Source: Octopus vulgaris (Eukaryota). From it: a DNA stretch of 64,000 nt. A program made the position numbers and the translations under genes. The notes below the pieces were generated by a model. It was not told the DNA's origin and searched no databases. It saw only the letters and a list, made by a program, of their open reading frames with translations. This document shows positions 15,277 to 26,869 of this stretch, in pieces. Numbering within the stretch: the first letter of the stretch is position 1; each line of letters begins with the position of its first letter. The stretch is taken from positions 36,828,001-36,892,000 of the forward strand of contig OX597816.1 of the NCBI GenBank assembly GCA_951406725.2, given 5' to 3'.

Positions 15277-15890
15277 GTATCCGGAAAGTTGCTATAGCAC
15301 GGAGCTGAACATGAGAGTACAGCTGCTTGGCACAAACTGATCTTGAACGCTGATCTAGCTCATGTCCGCTGTTTGATGCAATGCGTGGAAGGAAGGTGTG
15401 TAGCGAGTGATCGTCGCATTGAACATGACAGAGAAGGTTGAGTAGAGAATCTGCATCAAATTTTGTAAAACGTTTGGTGATATCTGCTCAGAAGCCGACA
15501 CGAAGTTTTTAAAAAGGTTCCATCGTTCACGACATAATCAAAGAGATCTGTGCAACTGAAACCCTAGTGTCGCTTTGGTCAGCAGACGGCAATTTTGATA
15601 TAAGGTGGGCAGACACGGGTCTCATATTCAAATCTTCAGTGATAATGAACTGCAATGAATCGTAACAAATCTGCACATCCTCTGATATCTCACGAATGGT
15701 GAATCGACGATCACACGCTAAACACCTTTCTTGCAGGCACTGCTGTAAACAGCGGAAGTGAGCTAGTAAGCTAAAACCAAATCCATATACACAGTAGAGG
15801 TCAAGATCAATCTGTGCCACGCAGCTTTACTCTGTGTGCTTTATGTTCTTTAATGTACCTACAGTCCGGATATTTAGTGCTCAGACCTCG
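15277..15890. mobile_element. Mariner-derived MITE with long inverted arms
   Basis: Left arm encodes MTEKVE*RICIKFCKTFG (+); minus strand has DRRFTIREISEDVQI...ITEDLNMRPVSA; right terminus ...cagacctcg|ta. Confidence 0.8.
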
Positions 15891-15898
15891 TATATGTG

Positions 15899-15943
<45 letters not shown>

Positions 15944-16213
15944 TTAATAAGGGTGAGAGAATTAGATACTAATTTAATAGTATATTTATTCCACACCAAG
16001 TGGCCTAGTGCTACGAGAAACCTGGATTATTATAATATTTTATAACATATTATAATATTTTCACAAAATAAATATAAGAGAGTGTTCACTATATTGATCA
16101 CTCTAGCACCAGTTAATCCAAGAGGTTTCAACCACGAAAAATACATGTTTCCCATGAAAGCCGGTACGACTGTTAGCTCACACGGACAGGGCAAATAAAA
16201 AATAACAAAAATA

Positions 16214-16307
16214 CAGATTATTTTGGGACAATTGTTTCGCTATTAATGAATTAAATGTAATATTACTTACAGTAATCCATTTGTAGCTCTTCAGCCAAGA
16301 CTATCTG
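16214..16307 (-). ncRNA. Type I hammerhead ribozyme, unit 1
   Basis: CAGAU-aguc-UUGG-CUGAAGA-GCUA-(41 nt with inner hairpin AUUACU-gua-AGUAAU)-UAGC-GAAAC-AAUU-GUC^CCAA-aaua-AUCUG. Fully canonical core, GUC site, palindromic stem III ACAAUUGU. Confidence 0.92.
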
Positions 16308-16747
16308 GATGAAATCCACTCAATCACACGCCAGATTTTACCATAACGATAAATACGCGTGCGGTTCAATTGATTACATCGGACGTTATAATTCAAATGC
16401 CCCAACCACCAGCGCGCCAAACTCTCACGGAAAACAAATACAGCATTTAGAAATAAATGCAGCATAATTATAATTAATTAATAAGGGTGAGAGAATTAGA
16501 TACTAATTTAATAGTATATTTATTCCACACCAAGTGGCCTAGTGCTACGAGAAACCTGGATTATTATAATATTTTATAACATATTATAATATTTTCACAA
16601 AATAAATATAAGAGAGTGTTCACTATATTGATCACTCTAGCACCAGTTAATCCAAGAGGTTTCAACCACGAAAAATACATGTTTCCCATGAAAGCCGGTA
16701 CGACTGTTAGCTCACACGGACAGGGCAAATAAAAAATAACAAAAATA

Positions 16748-16841
16748 CAGATTATTTTGGGACAATTGTTTCGCTATTAATGAATTAAATGTAATATTAC
16801 TTACAGTAATCCATTTGTAGCTCTTCAGCCAAGACTATCTG
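16748..16841 (-). ncRNA. Type I hammerhead ribozyme, unit 2
   Basis: Identical to unit 1. Confidence 0.92.
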
Positions 16842-17281
16842 GATGAAATCCACTCAATCACACGCCAGATTTTACCATAACGATAAATACGCGTGCGGTT
16901 CAATTGATTACATCGGACGTTATAATTCAAATGCCCCAACCACCAGCGCGCCAAACTCTCACGGAAAACAAATACAGCATTTAGAAATAAATGCAGCATA
17001 ATTATAATTAATTAATAAGGGTGAGAGAATTAGATACTAATTTAATAGTATATTTATTCCACACCAAGTGGCCTAGTGCTACGAGAAACCTGGATTATTA
17101 TAATATTTTATAACATATTATAATATTTTCACAAAATAAATATAAGAGAGTGTTCACTATATTGATCACTCTAGCACCAGTTAATCCAAGAGGTTTCAAC
17201 CACGAAAAATACATGTTTCCCATGAAAGCCGGTACGACTGTTAGCTCACACGGACAGGGCAAATAAAAAATAACAAAAATA

Positions 17282-17375
17282 CAGATTATTTTGGGACAAT
17301 TGTTTCGCTATTAATGAATTAAATGTAATATTACTTACAGTAATCCATTTGTAGCTCTTCAGCCAAGACTATCTG
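17282..17375 (-). ncRNA. Type I hammerhead ribozyme, unit 3
   Basis: Identical to unit 1. Confidence 0.92.
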
Positions 17376-17815
17376 GATGAAATCCACTCAATCACACGCC
17401 AGATTTTACCATAACGATAAATACGCGTGCGGTTCAATTGATTACATCGGACGTTATAATTCAAATGCCCCAACCACCAGCGCGCCAAACTCTCACGGAA
17501 AACAAATACAGCATTTAGAAATAAATGCAGCATAATTATAATTAATTAATAAGGGTGAGAGAATTAGATACTAATTTAATAGTATATTTATTCCACACCA
17601 AGTGGCCTAGTGCTACGAGAAACCTGGATTATTATAATATTTTATAACATATTATAATATTTTCACAAAATAAATATAAGAGAGTGTTCACTATATTGAT
17701 CACTCTAGCACCAGTTAATCCAAGAGGTTTCAACCACGAAAAATACATGTTTCCCATGAAAGCCGGTACGACTGTTAGCTCACACGGACAGGGCAAATAA
17801 AAAATAACAAAAATA

Positions 17816-17909
17816 CAGATTATTTTGGGACAATTGTTTCGCTATTAATGAATTAAATGTAATATTACTTACAGTAATCCATTTGTAGCTCTTCAGCCAA
17901 GACTATCTG
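17816..17909 (-). ncRNA. Type I hammerhead ribozyme, unit 4
   Basis: Identical to unit 1. Confidence 0.92.
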
Positions 17910-18348
17910 GATGAAATCCACTCAATCACACGCCAGATTTTACCATAACGATAAATACGCGTGCGGTTCAATGATTACATCGGACGTTATAATTCAAATG
18001 CCCCAACCACCAGCGCGCCAAACTCTCACGGAAAACAAATACAGCATTTAGAAATAAATGCAGCATAATTATAATTAATTAATAAGGGTGAGAGAATTAG
18101 ATACTAATTTAATAGTATATTTATTCCACACCAAGTGGCCTAGTGCTACGAGAAACCTGGATTATTATAATATTTTATAACATATTATAATATTTTCACA
18201 AAATAAATATAAGAGAGTGTTCACTATATTGATCACTCTAGCACCAGTTAATCCAAGAGGTTTCAACCACGAAAAATACATGTTTCCCATGAAAGCCGGT
18301 ACGACTGTTAGCTCACACGGACAGGGCAAATAAAAAATAACAAAAATA

Positions 18349-18442
18349 CAGATTATTTTGGGACAATTGTTTCGCTATTAATGAATTAAATGTAATATTA
18401 CTTACAGTAATCCATTTGTAGCTCTTCAGCCAAGACTATCTG
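18349..18442 (-). ncRNA. Type I hammerhead ribozyme, unit 5
   Basis: Identical to unit 1. Confidence 0.92.
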
Positions 18443-18882
18443 GATGAAATCCACTCAATCACACGCCAGATTTTACCATAACGATAAATACGCGTGCGGT
18501 TCAATTGATTACATCGGACGTTATAATTCAAATGCCCCAACCACCAGCGCGCCAAACTCTCACGGAAAACAAATACAGCATTTAGAAATAAATGCAGCAT
18601 AATTATAATTAATTAATAAGGGTGAGAGAATTAGATACTAATTTAATAGTATATTTATTCCACACCAAGTGGCCTAGTGCTACGAGAAACCTGGATTATT
18701 ATAATATTTTATAACATATTATAATATTTTCACAAAATAAATATAAGAGAGTGTTCACTATATTGATCACTCTAGCACCAGTTAATCCAAGAGGTTTCAA
18801 CCACGAAAAATACATGTTTCCCATGAAAGCCGGTACGACTGTTAGCTCACACGGACAGGGCAAATAAAAAATAACAAAAATA

Positions 18883-18976
18883 CAGATTATTTTGGGACAA
18901 TTGTTTCGCTATTAATGAATTAAATGTAATATTACTTACAGTAATCCATTTGTAGCTCTTCAGCCAAGACTATCTG
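18883..18976 (-). ncRNA. Type I hammerhead ribozyme, unit 6
   Basis: Identical to unit 1. Confidence 0.92.
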
Positions 18977-19306
18977 GATGAAATCCACTCAATCACACGC
19001 CAGATTTTACCATAACGATAAATACGCGTGCGGTTCAATTGATTACATCGGACGTTATAATTCAAATGCCCCAACCACCAGCGCGCCAAACTCTCACGGA
19101 AAACAAATACAGCATTTAGAAATAAATGCAGCATAATTATAATTAATTAATAAGGGTGAGAGAATTAGATACTAATTTAATAGTATATTTATTCCACACC
19201 AAGTGGCCTAGTGCTACGAGAAACCTGGATTATTATAATATTTTATAACATATTATAATATTTTCACAAAATAAATATAAGAGAGTGTTCACTATATTGA
19301 TCACTC

Positions 19307-19478
19307 AATAATGAAAGATATATATAGAAAAAAATTAAATATACTATAATAAATATTATTCAAAACGTCACTAGATTAAATAAACATTATGTTTATTTAA
19401 TTCAGTGATTTTTAATAATATTTATTATAGTATATTTCATTTTTTTTTATATAATATAGATAATGTCTTTCACTATTC
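19307..19478. repeat. AT-rich imperfect palindrome abutting the array end
   Basis: aaatatactataataaatattatt...tcact..attaaataaacat-t-atgtttatttaat..agtga...aataatatttattatagtatattt, with outer aataatgaaaga/tctttcactatt. Confidence 0.85.
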
Positions 19479-19594
19479 AATTGCTTAATAGAGGTTATTT
19501 CTCTTAATTATATACATTTATTATATATTCTGAAATTTGATTTAGAATTGCTAAATTTATTTTTACCCAGTAAGTTTGGAATTATATTCCCTAC

Positions 19595-19602
19595 TATTAT
19601 TA

Positions 19603-19649
<47 letters not shown>

Positions 19650-19887
19650 GAGTGAGCGAGCAGAGCATGCCATCAAAGTGACACTGGGGTAAAATATACG
19701 AAGCCCAGTATACCCATCATGACTACCCGTCTGATAAGGGTACACCAGGCACATGCATCACAACCATATGTGCGCGACATGGTGATCTCATATCAAGATA
19801 AACAGCACATGACCTTGCAGGTGGAGCCCAGTTAGAATTTTCGTCAGATCGAGTAACCCATCCCGCTCAAAAGGTCCCTGAATAAGG
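19595..19887 (-). mobile_element. Probable 3' end of a non-LTR retroelement ending in (TAA)n
   Basis: ~240-bp more GC-rich block joined directly to an (ATT)n tract (19595-19649); family assignment is inference. Confidence 0.45.
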
Positions 19888-20419
19888 CATGCGTAGAAAT
19901 GAATGTCAGCTTACTGATGACTGACTAACCTAGGACAAAAGCAACAAGAGAGTTAGATTTCTCTTTCTATTCAATCGGTAATATATCTAATGCCATCATT
20001 TAATTGATCAATCATCGTTACTTTGGGAGAATAACTAGAACCAAATTTAAATGCATTTTCTAATGATAAATATTTGTTCTGATTGCATGACTAATTCATT
20101 TGTCGGACAATCGATATTATTCTGACAGTTGTACCATATTCTTGGATATAGGTAATTTCAGGTTTATGACGCCAAATATATCAATAGTTAATTACTATGA
20201 CAAATGAAGTTTAGTAGCATCACATTTCATTCATTTTAGGTGTTAGAATAAACATTTACAAAATTGTATTCATTGATTTCTCCCCTCCCGTGTATACTAT
20301 AAGTAACTATTAGAAAATTAATGTATGGTTCCCGGATCAAACGTTTCACTTTAGTGCTACATGTGTTCAAGTTAGATCTTACTGTGCAGAAATTCGGACT
20401 TTGTTTCAACTCTTACTGG

Positions 20420-21240
20420 AGGTGAATTTGAACATCGGAAATTGTGCAAATGGCTGTTGGATGGACTGTTCGAGTTTTCGCATGACAGAGTTTGTTATTA
20501 GACCTATTCACTCGGTACACGTTAACCTTTTCAGAGTTGGGTCTTTCTTTTCTTTGCCGTTGCTACCATCACTTACAAGACTTGCCAATTCTTCAGAGTC
20601 GTCAGACTTCTTCATCACCACTGTAGCATTTCCCTTGTCTGCTGGGAGTATTATGATCGAATTGTCACTCTGTTGTCTTTTGATAGCGAGCCTTTCTTCT
20701 TTAGTGATGTTTGGTTTGGGAAGTTTCGCTTTTGCTGGTACCTGTCTCACTTTCCACCTTAGTTCATCTCCCTGAGCTTTTGGCATCTTTATGGTTATCA
20801 CTCCAATAGAGGTTTATGTCCAAGTATAGAATACGCTTGGTGGTTGTCGCAAAGTTGAGACCTTTGTTTAGTACTGCTTCTTCAGAGCTTTCCAGATGTC
20901 GGCTACTTACATTAATTACTGCTTTCACAGATGGGTGACGGATTTCAGTCTTCATTCTGTGATCTTTGTCTTTCATAAATTACTTAATCAGGCGTGTCTT
21001 CACCATTTCAAATTCTTTCACGCACGACTTTTCTGGATCTTGTTGGATTCTCTTTCTATCATCTTCTCCGGTTATTTTCCTAAATAATGAAGATAACCCC
21101 TCTTTGATTTCGTTATTTAGTAGATGTTTTTCCCAGCGGTTATAATGGGTACTCTCACGAACGAGGACATGTCCTGCCCTTTCCGCCACACTTATAGCTT
21201 TATGTGAATCGACTGTTGTCATTATATTCAAGCCATGTGG
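20420..21240 (-). pseudogene. Penelope/Poseidon-type PLE ORF, N-terminal (pre-RT) region, frameshifted
   Basis: VINVSSRHLESSEEAVLNKGLNFATT and PKPNITKEERLAIK...IIILPADKGNATVVM are hallmark PLE N-terminal motifs. Confidence 0.85.
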
Positions 21241-21337
21241 TCTTAGCTTTGAGTCTCTACATTTACATAAGAAAGTTAGATGGTTTGAAAGACGAGCTAG
21301 ATTTTGATGGAGTTTCTCAATATGTCTCCATGCACAT

Positions 21338-21417
<80 letters not shown>

Positions 21418-21432
21418 ATAATAATAATAATA

Positions 21433-21463
<31 letters not shown>
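21338..21463. repeat. (TAC)n-(TAA)n microsatellite
   Basis: Direct reading. Confidence 0.97.
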
Positions 21464-21516
21464 TCACATCCAAAAGTACCTTAGCAATGGGAACATAGGT
21501 TCGAAATTTCCCCCAA

Positions 21517-21562
21517 GACACCTGATGAATGCTGGAGGGTATATCAGCCGAAACGTTTTGTT
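21517..21562 (+). ncRNA. Minimal type I hammerhead motif in the (AAT)n-linked repeat
   Basis: GACAC-CUGAUGA-AU-GCUG-gaggguauau-CAGC-C-GAAAC-GUU^UUGUU. The copy at 1115 supplies GGCUG/CAGCC and GUGUU, restoring stems I and II in the consensus. Confidence 0.65.
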
Positions 21563-22804
21563 AACAACAAACAAGATGAGCACAAATATCCGTCAGATGT
21601 AAATAATGTAAATAATATAAATAATGATCAGTTACTTAGTTCTAACCTTCGGGTGTCACGAACAGAGTCGAGAGCTTCTTTTTTTTAATTACCGATGTCC
21701 ATTGTCCGTAGTCTTTACAGGACCTTCAAGACGAGTTACATTGATACCATTAACATTAGTATTTATTTACACGTCAACATATTCAGAGAGACCGGGGCAT
21801 ATAGCGTATTTAGGGAACTCTCATTCTGGAAAACAATGAGGAAAAGAAAGACTAGTGGTTCGGAAATGCATGAGCCAGGGTTGTATCCGCTCACCTAACT
21901 CTGAGGAGCAGAGGCTATTATCGCATCAGTAGAAAAGGCAGAGAATGTAGGCAGCGTGCAAGTAGGAGAAATGTTCGAATGTGTCAGTAAGTGACTTATT
22001 AGCTAGATTGTCTTTCTCTTGAAACCTTCTAAGAAGTATGTTCATGTTGCAAGTAGTTGAAGCAGAGGTCCATCAAGGGGACAGCTTCCATTTCTGGGGG
22101 AAATTACACATCCCTTATCATATTCATTCTTCCGCTGAAAAAACCTGAAAAATATTTTCTTTAAATTGAGACTACATGTTTAACAATAGAATTCTTATTA
22201 AATATTTCAAAAAAAAATTAGAAATTTGATTCATACCGCCGTGTTTCACTAATTAATTAAATTTCTAGAGCAGTGTTTGTCCTTGACAGCAACAAGAATA
22301 GAAAATACAATATTCAACCAAATTATAACGGTTGCGACCATACACGATAAACTATTCGTTTTCAGCTGCTTAATATTAATGTACGTTAAGATATACATAT
22401 TGTTTTTCCTAAGTTCCTGTCACATTCATTAAATTGACAATTACTGATAAACAGTATGTATTGCAGTGCCGGCAGCGAATTAGAAGGGTCAGCGAGGAAA
22501 GAGATGCGTTGCTAGAGAGATAAAAACCAGTATAACATTTAATTCTTGTAATGCCCCTGTTGTTTCTTGTCTGCTAGAAATTGATGTACTCAGCAATTCC
22601 ATATGCTTCCTGCAATAATATTTCATTTACTTCAGTATATAATTTCATTAGGATATTGCACATTTTCCTGACCTGAAGGCAATTATTATTCACATTAGAG
22701 TAAAATATGTTGGCGTGCATAATGAACACCCAGCCAAGTGGTTTGGTATTCAATATCACACTGCGAAACCTTGAGTAAGTGCTTTCTGTAGTCCGCCGTA
22801 TCTA

Positions 22805-23665
22805 CGAGGTCTGATCAACAACAATCCGGACTGCTGCTATAGTAACAAAGATAAAACACATAGAGTAAACAGCTTGCTACATATTGACCTTGAACTCTGT
22901 TGTCCAAGCATACTAAGTTTTAAAAATTCTAGCTCACTTCTGCTGTTTGGAAGAAAGGTGTGTAGCGTGTGATCGTCAAATTGACAACAGCAGAGACATT
23001 TGCCATGACGATAATGCTCAGAGGCCTACGCAATGTTGCAAAAAGTGTATGGAGAGGAGTGTGCGAATGGGCAGGACGTTACCAATATGGACGAAAAAAA
23101 TGTCGATAGTGACGAACGTGGCCGGAGACCCACAACCAGTAGAATTGAGAAAAACTTTGCAGATGTACGTGCAGCTGTGAGGGGAAATCGTCGAATCACC
23201 ATCCGTGAGCCATGAGAGAATATGCAGATTAGTTACGTTTCAGTTCAGTCCATTATCACTGAAGACTTGGGTATGGGACGCGTGACTGCCAACTTTGTGA
23301 GAAAATTGCTTTCAACTGACCAAAGCGACACTCGCGTTTCGGTTGCACAAGATATTGATTGTGTCGAGAACTATGAAAACGTTTTGAAAACTTTGCGTAT
23401 ACCTCTGAGCAAGTATCACCAAGATGTTGGAAAAATTAGATGCAGATTCTCTGCTCAGCTTTTTCTGCCATATTCAATGCGACGATCACACGCTACACAC
23501 CTTCCATCCAAGCACTTCTGTAATCACCGAAATTGGGCTATGACTTTACACCTTTGTGCGCAAATACAATAGAATTCAATGTCAATCTGTGTCAAGCAGC
23601 TTTACTCTGTGTACCTGAGCTTCGTTACTATGGCAACAGTCCAGATACCCGTTGATTAGACCACA
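22805..23665 (+). mobile_element. Internally deleted mariner (MITE-like) with long TIRs and TA target
   Basis: ta|cgaggtctgatcaa ... ttgattagaccaca|ta; internal MLQKVYGEEC, DERGRRPTTS, NRRITIRE, ITEDLGMGRVTANFVRKLL. Confidence 0.88.
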
Positions 23666-23728
23666 TATTTGTTTTTATGTGTGTGGGTATATATATATAT
23701 ATATATATATATATGTGGGTATATATAT

Positions 23729-23937
23729 ACAACGGGAAGGTTTACGAAAATAAACAAAAGACGAAGGCAGGTGGAGTACAAACAAACAAATGTATTAGTA
23801 TGGCGCTCAGGAATAGAAATAGAACAAGTCTTTTACGTTTCTAGCCTACGCTCTTCGACAGAAAGATACACAGAAAAAAACAAGGAGAGAAACAAGGAGA
23901 GAAAAAATGCGTGTAGGAGCTAACGATCTAACATGGC
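23729..23937 (-). mobile_element. Short HHR-bearing repeat (family H); HHR motif at 23830-23865
   Basis: Minus strand: CUUU-CUGUCGAA-GAGC-guag-GCUA-GAAAC-GUA^AAAG; 3' end at (TA)n. Confidence 0.72.
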
Positions 23938-24074
23938 GTTCTGACTTCGGGCGACTTCGGGCAGAGGTCAGAGGTCAGACGCTAGAGGGACAGTAGGGGA
24001 GATAACAGGGTCAAGAGACTTCCAAAACGAAGATAGCCCCAACACAAAGGTGCGTGTGTGTATAAGAGAGTAGG

Positions 24075-24144
<70 letters not shown>

Positions 24145-24835
24145 GAGAGAATAACAAATTAATAAATAAAACATATGCATACATATATGTACGTACCTAC
24201 ATCTATATGTATATATACATGTATATATGGGTACAGGACACCAAAGAAACGTCGAACACAATGAGAAACGAAAACATAAACACAAAACCAAGGAGATGGA
24301 CATTTTTCTTAGACAACGAAAAAACAGAGTACAAGACATACAACACAAGAAAAATTTCCCTTCTTCAGCCGCCTCTGTTTCATCTATTCCGCGTTTCGAA
24401 TGCTTCTGGGTATGACTCTAACAACACCATTTATCGAGTACTGAGAGACTTATAAGTAAGAAATTGAGGGTAGAGGAATTAATGACAAAGACCTTGAAGC
24501 TAGTGTCACAGTACGCCACATTCCAATCACTGAAAACAATAAAAAGAACAAAAGAATAATATTCTTTGACATTTTTACCAAATCTGAAGGTACTTTGGCA
24601 ATACAGACATGAGATTATATTATTAACTATTTATTCGTTTTTGCCATTGTATGTTGAAAAACTATAATGTTACTCTACTCTCTATAAAAAAATTGGAGAA
24701 TGTAATCTCTATTTAAAAACAAACTGCAGAAATAACGTTCCAAAGATTTGTTTCCTGAAATACGAAAAAACAGCATTTTTCTAGTAAACACATCAGAATC
24801 AATGAAAATTACGTGTATATGTAACTATGTACACT

Positions 24836-24867
<32 letters not shown>

Positions 24868-24869
24868 CA

Positions 24870-25562
24870 CAGACTGCGATAGGTAAATTGTCCCCATTTT
24901 ATATATTTTTTAATTTCATAACTTGTTTATAATTATCTCGATTACACAGTATTGTAGAGTCAGTTGGCCACCGTATGTAGGAAAGACAGCACCATGACAC
25001 AGTTTACTCTGCAGCAAATTTCGAAATCAGATGCTGTAACGCTTGACATTCGCGCCAGAAGCTCCAATGCGAACATTTCAGAGTATTTGGGTATAAATCT
25101 GAGAACTGTGCAGAAGATACGGAAAACATTGGATGAGACTGATGGTGCTTACGAAACTATGGCGTCTCGGAAACCATACTCGATGGTTTTGATAAGAAAA
25201 GAACTCCTGAATTTGTTGCTGAGATCCAGACCATGATTCACAACGATCCCTCGAAGTCACTCAGCTCCATCACCAGGGACATAGGAGTGTCTGAGTTTCT
25301 TATCCGGCAGCTAGTACATGCAAGCACTCGATATTCGTCGTACAAGATGAGAAAGGGCCAATTTTTTCCCAAGCCCTCAAGGACGAGAGGAAAACCTGCT
25401 TTACGAAGCTTTTGAACAAACTCAAGCATCCCCTCCAATCGAACATGCTTTGTTTTTTTCAGACTTGAGAAATTTCTGCCAGGATCAGAGGGTGAACAAG
25501 CAGAACAACCGTTGGCTTGCCGTGTCCTCAAATCAAACATCCAGTCAACATCAGCCAACATC
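24870..25562 (+). mobile_element. maT-like (DD37D) Tc1/mariner 5' half, frameshifted
   Basis: HTH region NISEYLGINLRTVQKIRK, MIHNDPSKSLSSITRDIGVSEFLIRQLVH, EKFLPGS/NNRWLA; homologous to 10742-11600. Confidence 0.85.
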
Positions 25563-26093
25563 AATATTATATATAAGATTAACTGAGTTAGAGGTTAAAT
25601 AACCGGCTAAGGGATAGAAATATCCATTATACTACCGGTATATTTTTTAATTTCATAACTTGTCTATAATTATCTCGATTATGTTTAACCATGGTAATAT
25701 ATATGTAAGCATATTATGCTCATAAATTATAGGTGAAGACAGGGTTAGACATCTGTTTATTAAAATTCAAAATTTAAAGAAAATAGAAAATGGAGAATTA
25801 TTGATGAAAAACTATTGACTTACAGCAATTATTATTTATTTGTATAATGCAAATAGACTGCATCCCACCTAACAGAGGTTTCTACCTCCAACGTTGTATG
25901 GTATTGCCATTAATATGCGAAATATATTTTTACAAATTTTGTAAAAAAGCGATCTGAAACATGGAGTTTTAACACAGTGAAGAATACATACAAAAAAGAG
26001 TTTAAAGAAGAAGACGGAGAAGTTGAATATTGTTGCAATCATACCATTATGCTTGTGTATCTCTTTGGGACGTTAAGTAAATGACGAAACATA

Positions 26094-26869
26094 AAATAGT
26101 ATTTGGTGGGTTAATCCTTTGCACGGGACCGGAAAGTATGGATAAACAAATATATAAAAAGAAATAATAGTTGGATACGCCAATAGGTTTTAGTCGGGGT
26201 GAAGACCCAATAAGATTTTAAATTAATCATAATAATTTCTGATACTTATGTTTCTAGTACTAATTAATAGTTTTTATCATTATAAAGTGCTAATTGATTA
26301 TATATAATTTTGAATTCATTACTAGGTGGTTAAACCCATCCTCAACTTTTGGGCCAATTTCACCCCCAACCCTCTTATTTCCTAAATATTCAAATAGGTT
26401 TCTCTCTTAATATTTATTCCATAATATTTATTTTTTAATCTAATATATACTATCTTAAGCGTTTTTTGGGACCCTTACAACATACGCCAGTTTCCCATTC
26501 ATTAATTTATTTATCTTACGCCATGTAGTGGTCTCAATAGCTGATGTTTTGTTTTTAAATTTCAACCAACCAATTATATCGAACGTTGAACCTTGACCTA
26601 TCTTACTTCGGATAACAGGCGGAAAGGGTTAACCACCTACTAGTAAATAAAAAATTACATTTCATCGATTAACACTTTATTATAATAAATACTATTAATT
26701 AGTACTATAAACATAATTATTAAAATTTATTATGATTAAATTAAAACCTTATTGTATCTTCACCCCGTTCTCCCACTAAAACCTATTGGCGTATCCCACT
26801 ATTACTTTTTTATTTATTTGTTCACCCTATCCACCACTGTGCAAAGGATTAATCCACCAAATACTATTT
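26094..26869. repeat. Diverged long inverted repeat (~245-bp arms, ~280-bp spacer)
   Basis: aaatagtatttggtgg.ttaatcctttgcac / gtgcaaaggattaatccaccaaatactattt; gatacgccaataggttttagt / actaaaacctattggcgtatc; taggtggttaa / ttaaccaccta. Confidence 0.85.

Larger units (their letters stand above)
15941..19306 (-). repeat. Tandem array of 6.3 near-identical 534-bp units, one hammerhead ribozyme per unit (retrozyme-like)
   Basis: Anchor gggtgagag at 15951, 16485, 17019, 17553, 18086, 18620, 19154 (periods 534, 534, 534, 533, 534, 534). The only difference I noticed is a 1-nt deletion near 17972. No ORF >=60 aa. Begins directly after (TA)n at 15900-15940. Confidence 0.97.

Noticed and set aside
15941-19306. 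CRISPR array or tandem protein-coding gene
   Set aside because: Units are identical with no unique spacers, there are no cas genes, the context is eukaryotic, and no ORF reaches 60 aa.
21624-22760. Possible host exons (ORFs 21695-21898, 22574-22759)
   Set aside because: No recognisable domain and no convincing paired splice sites; small exons cannot be excluded without RNA-seq.
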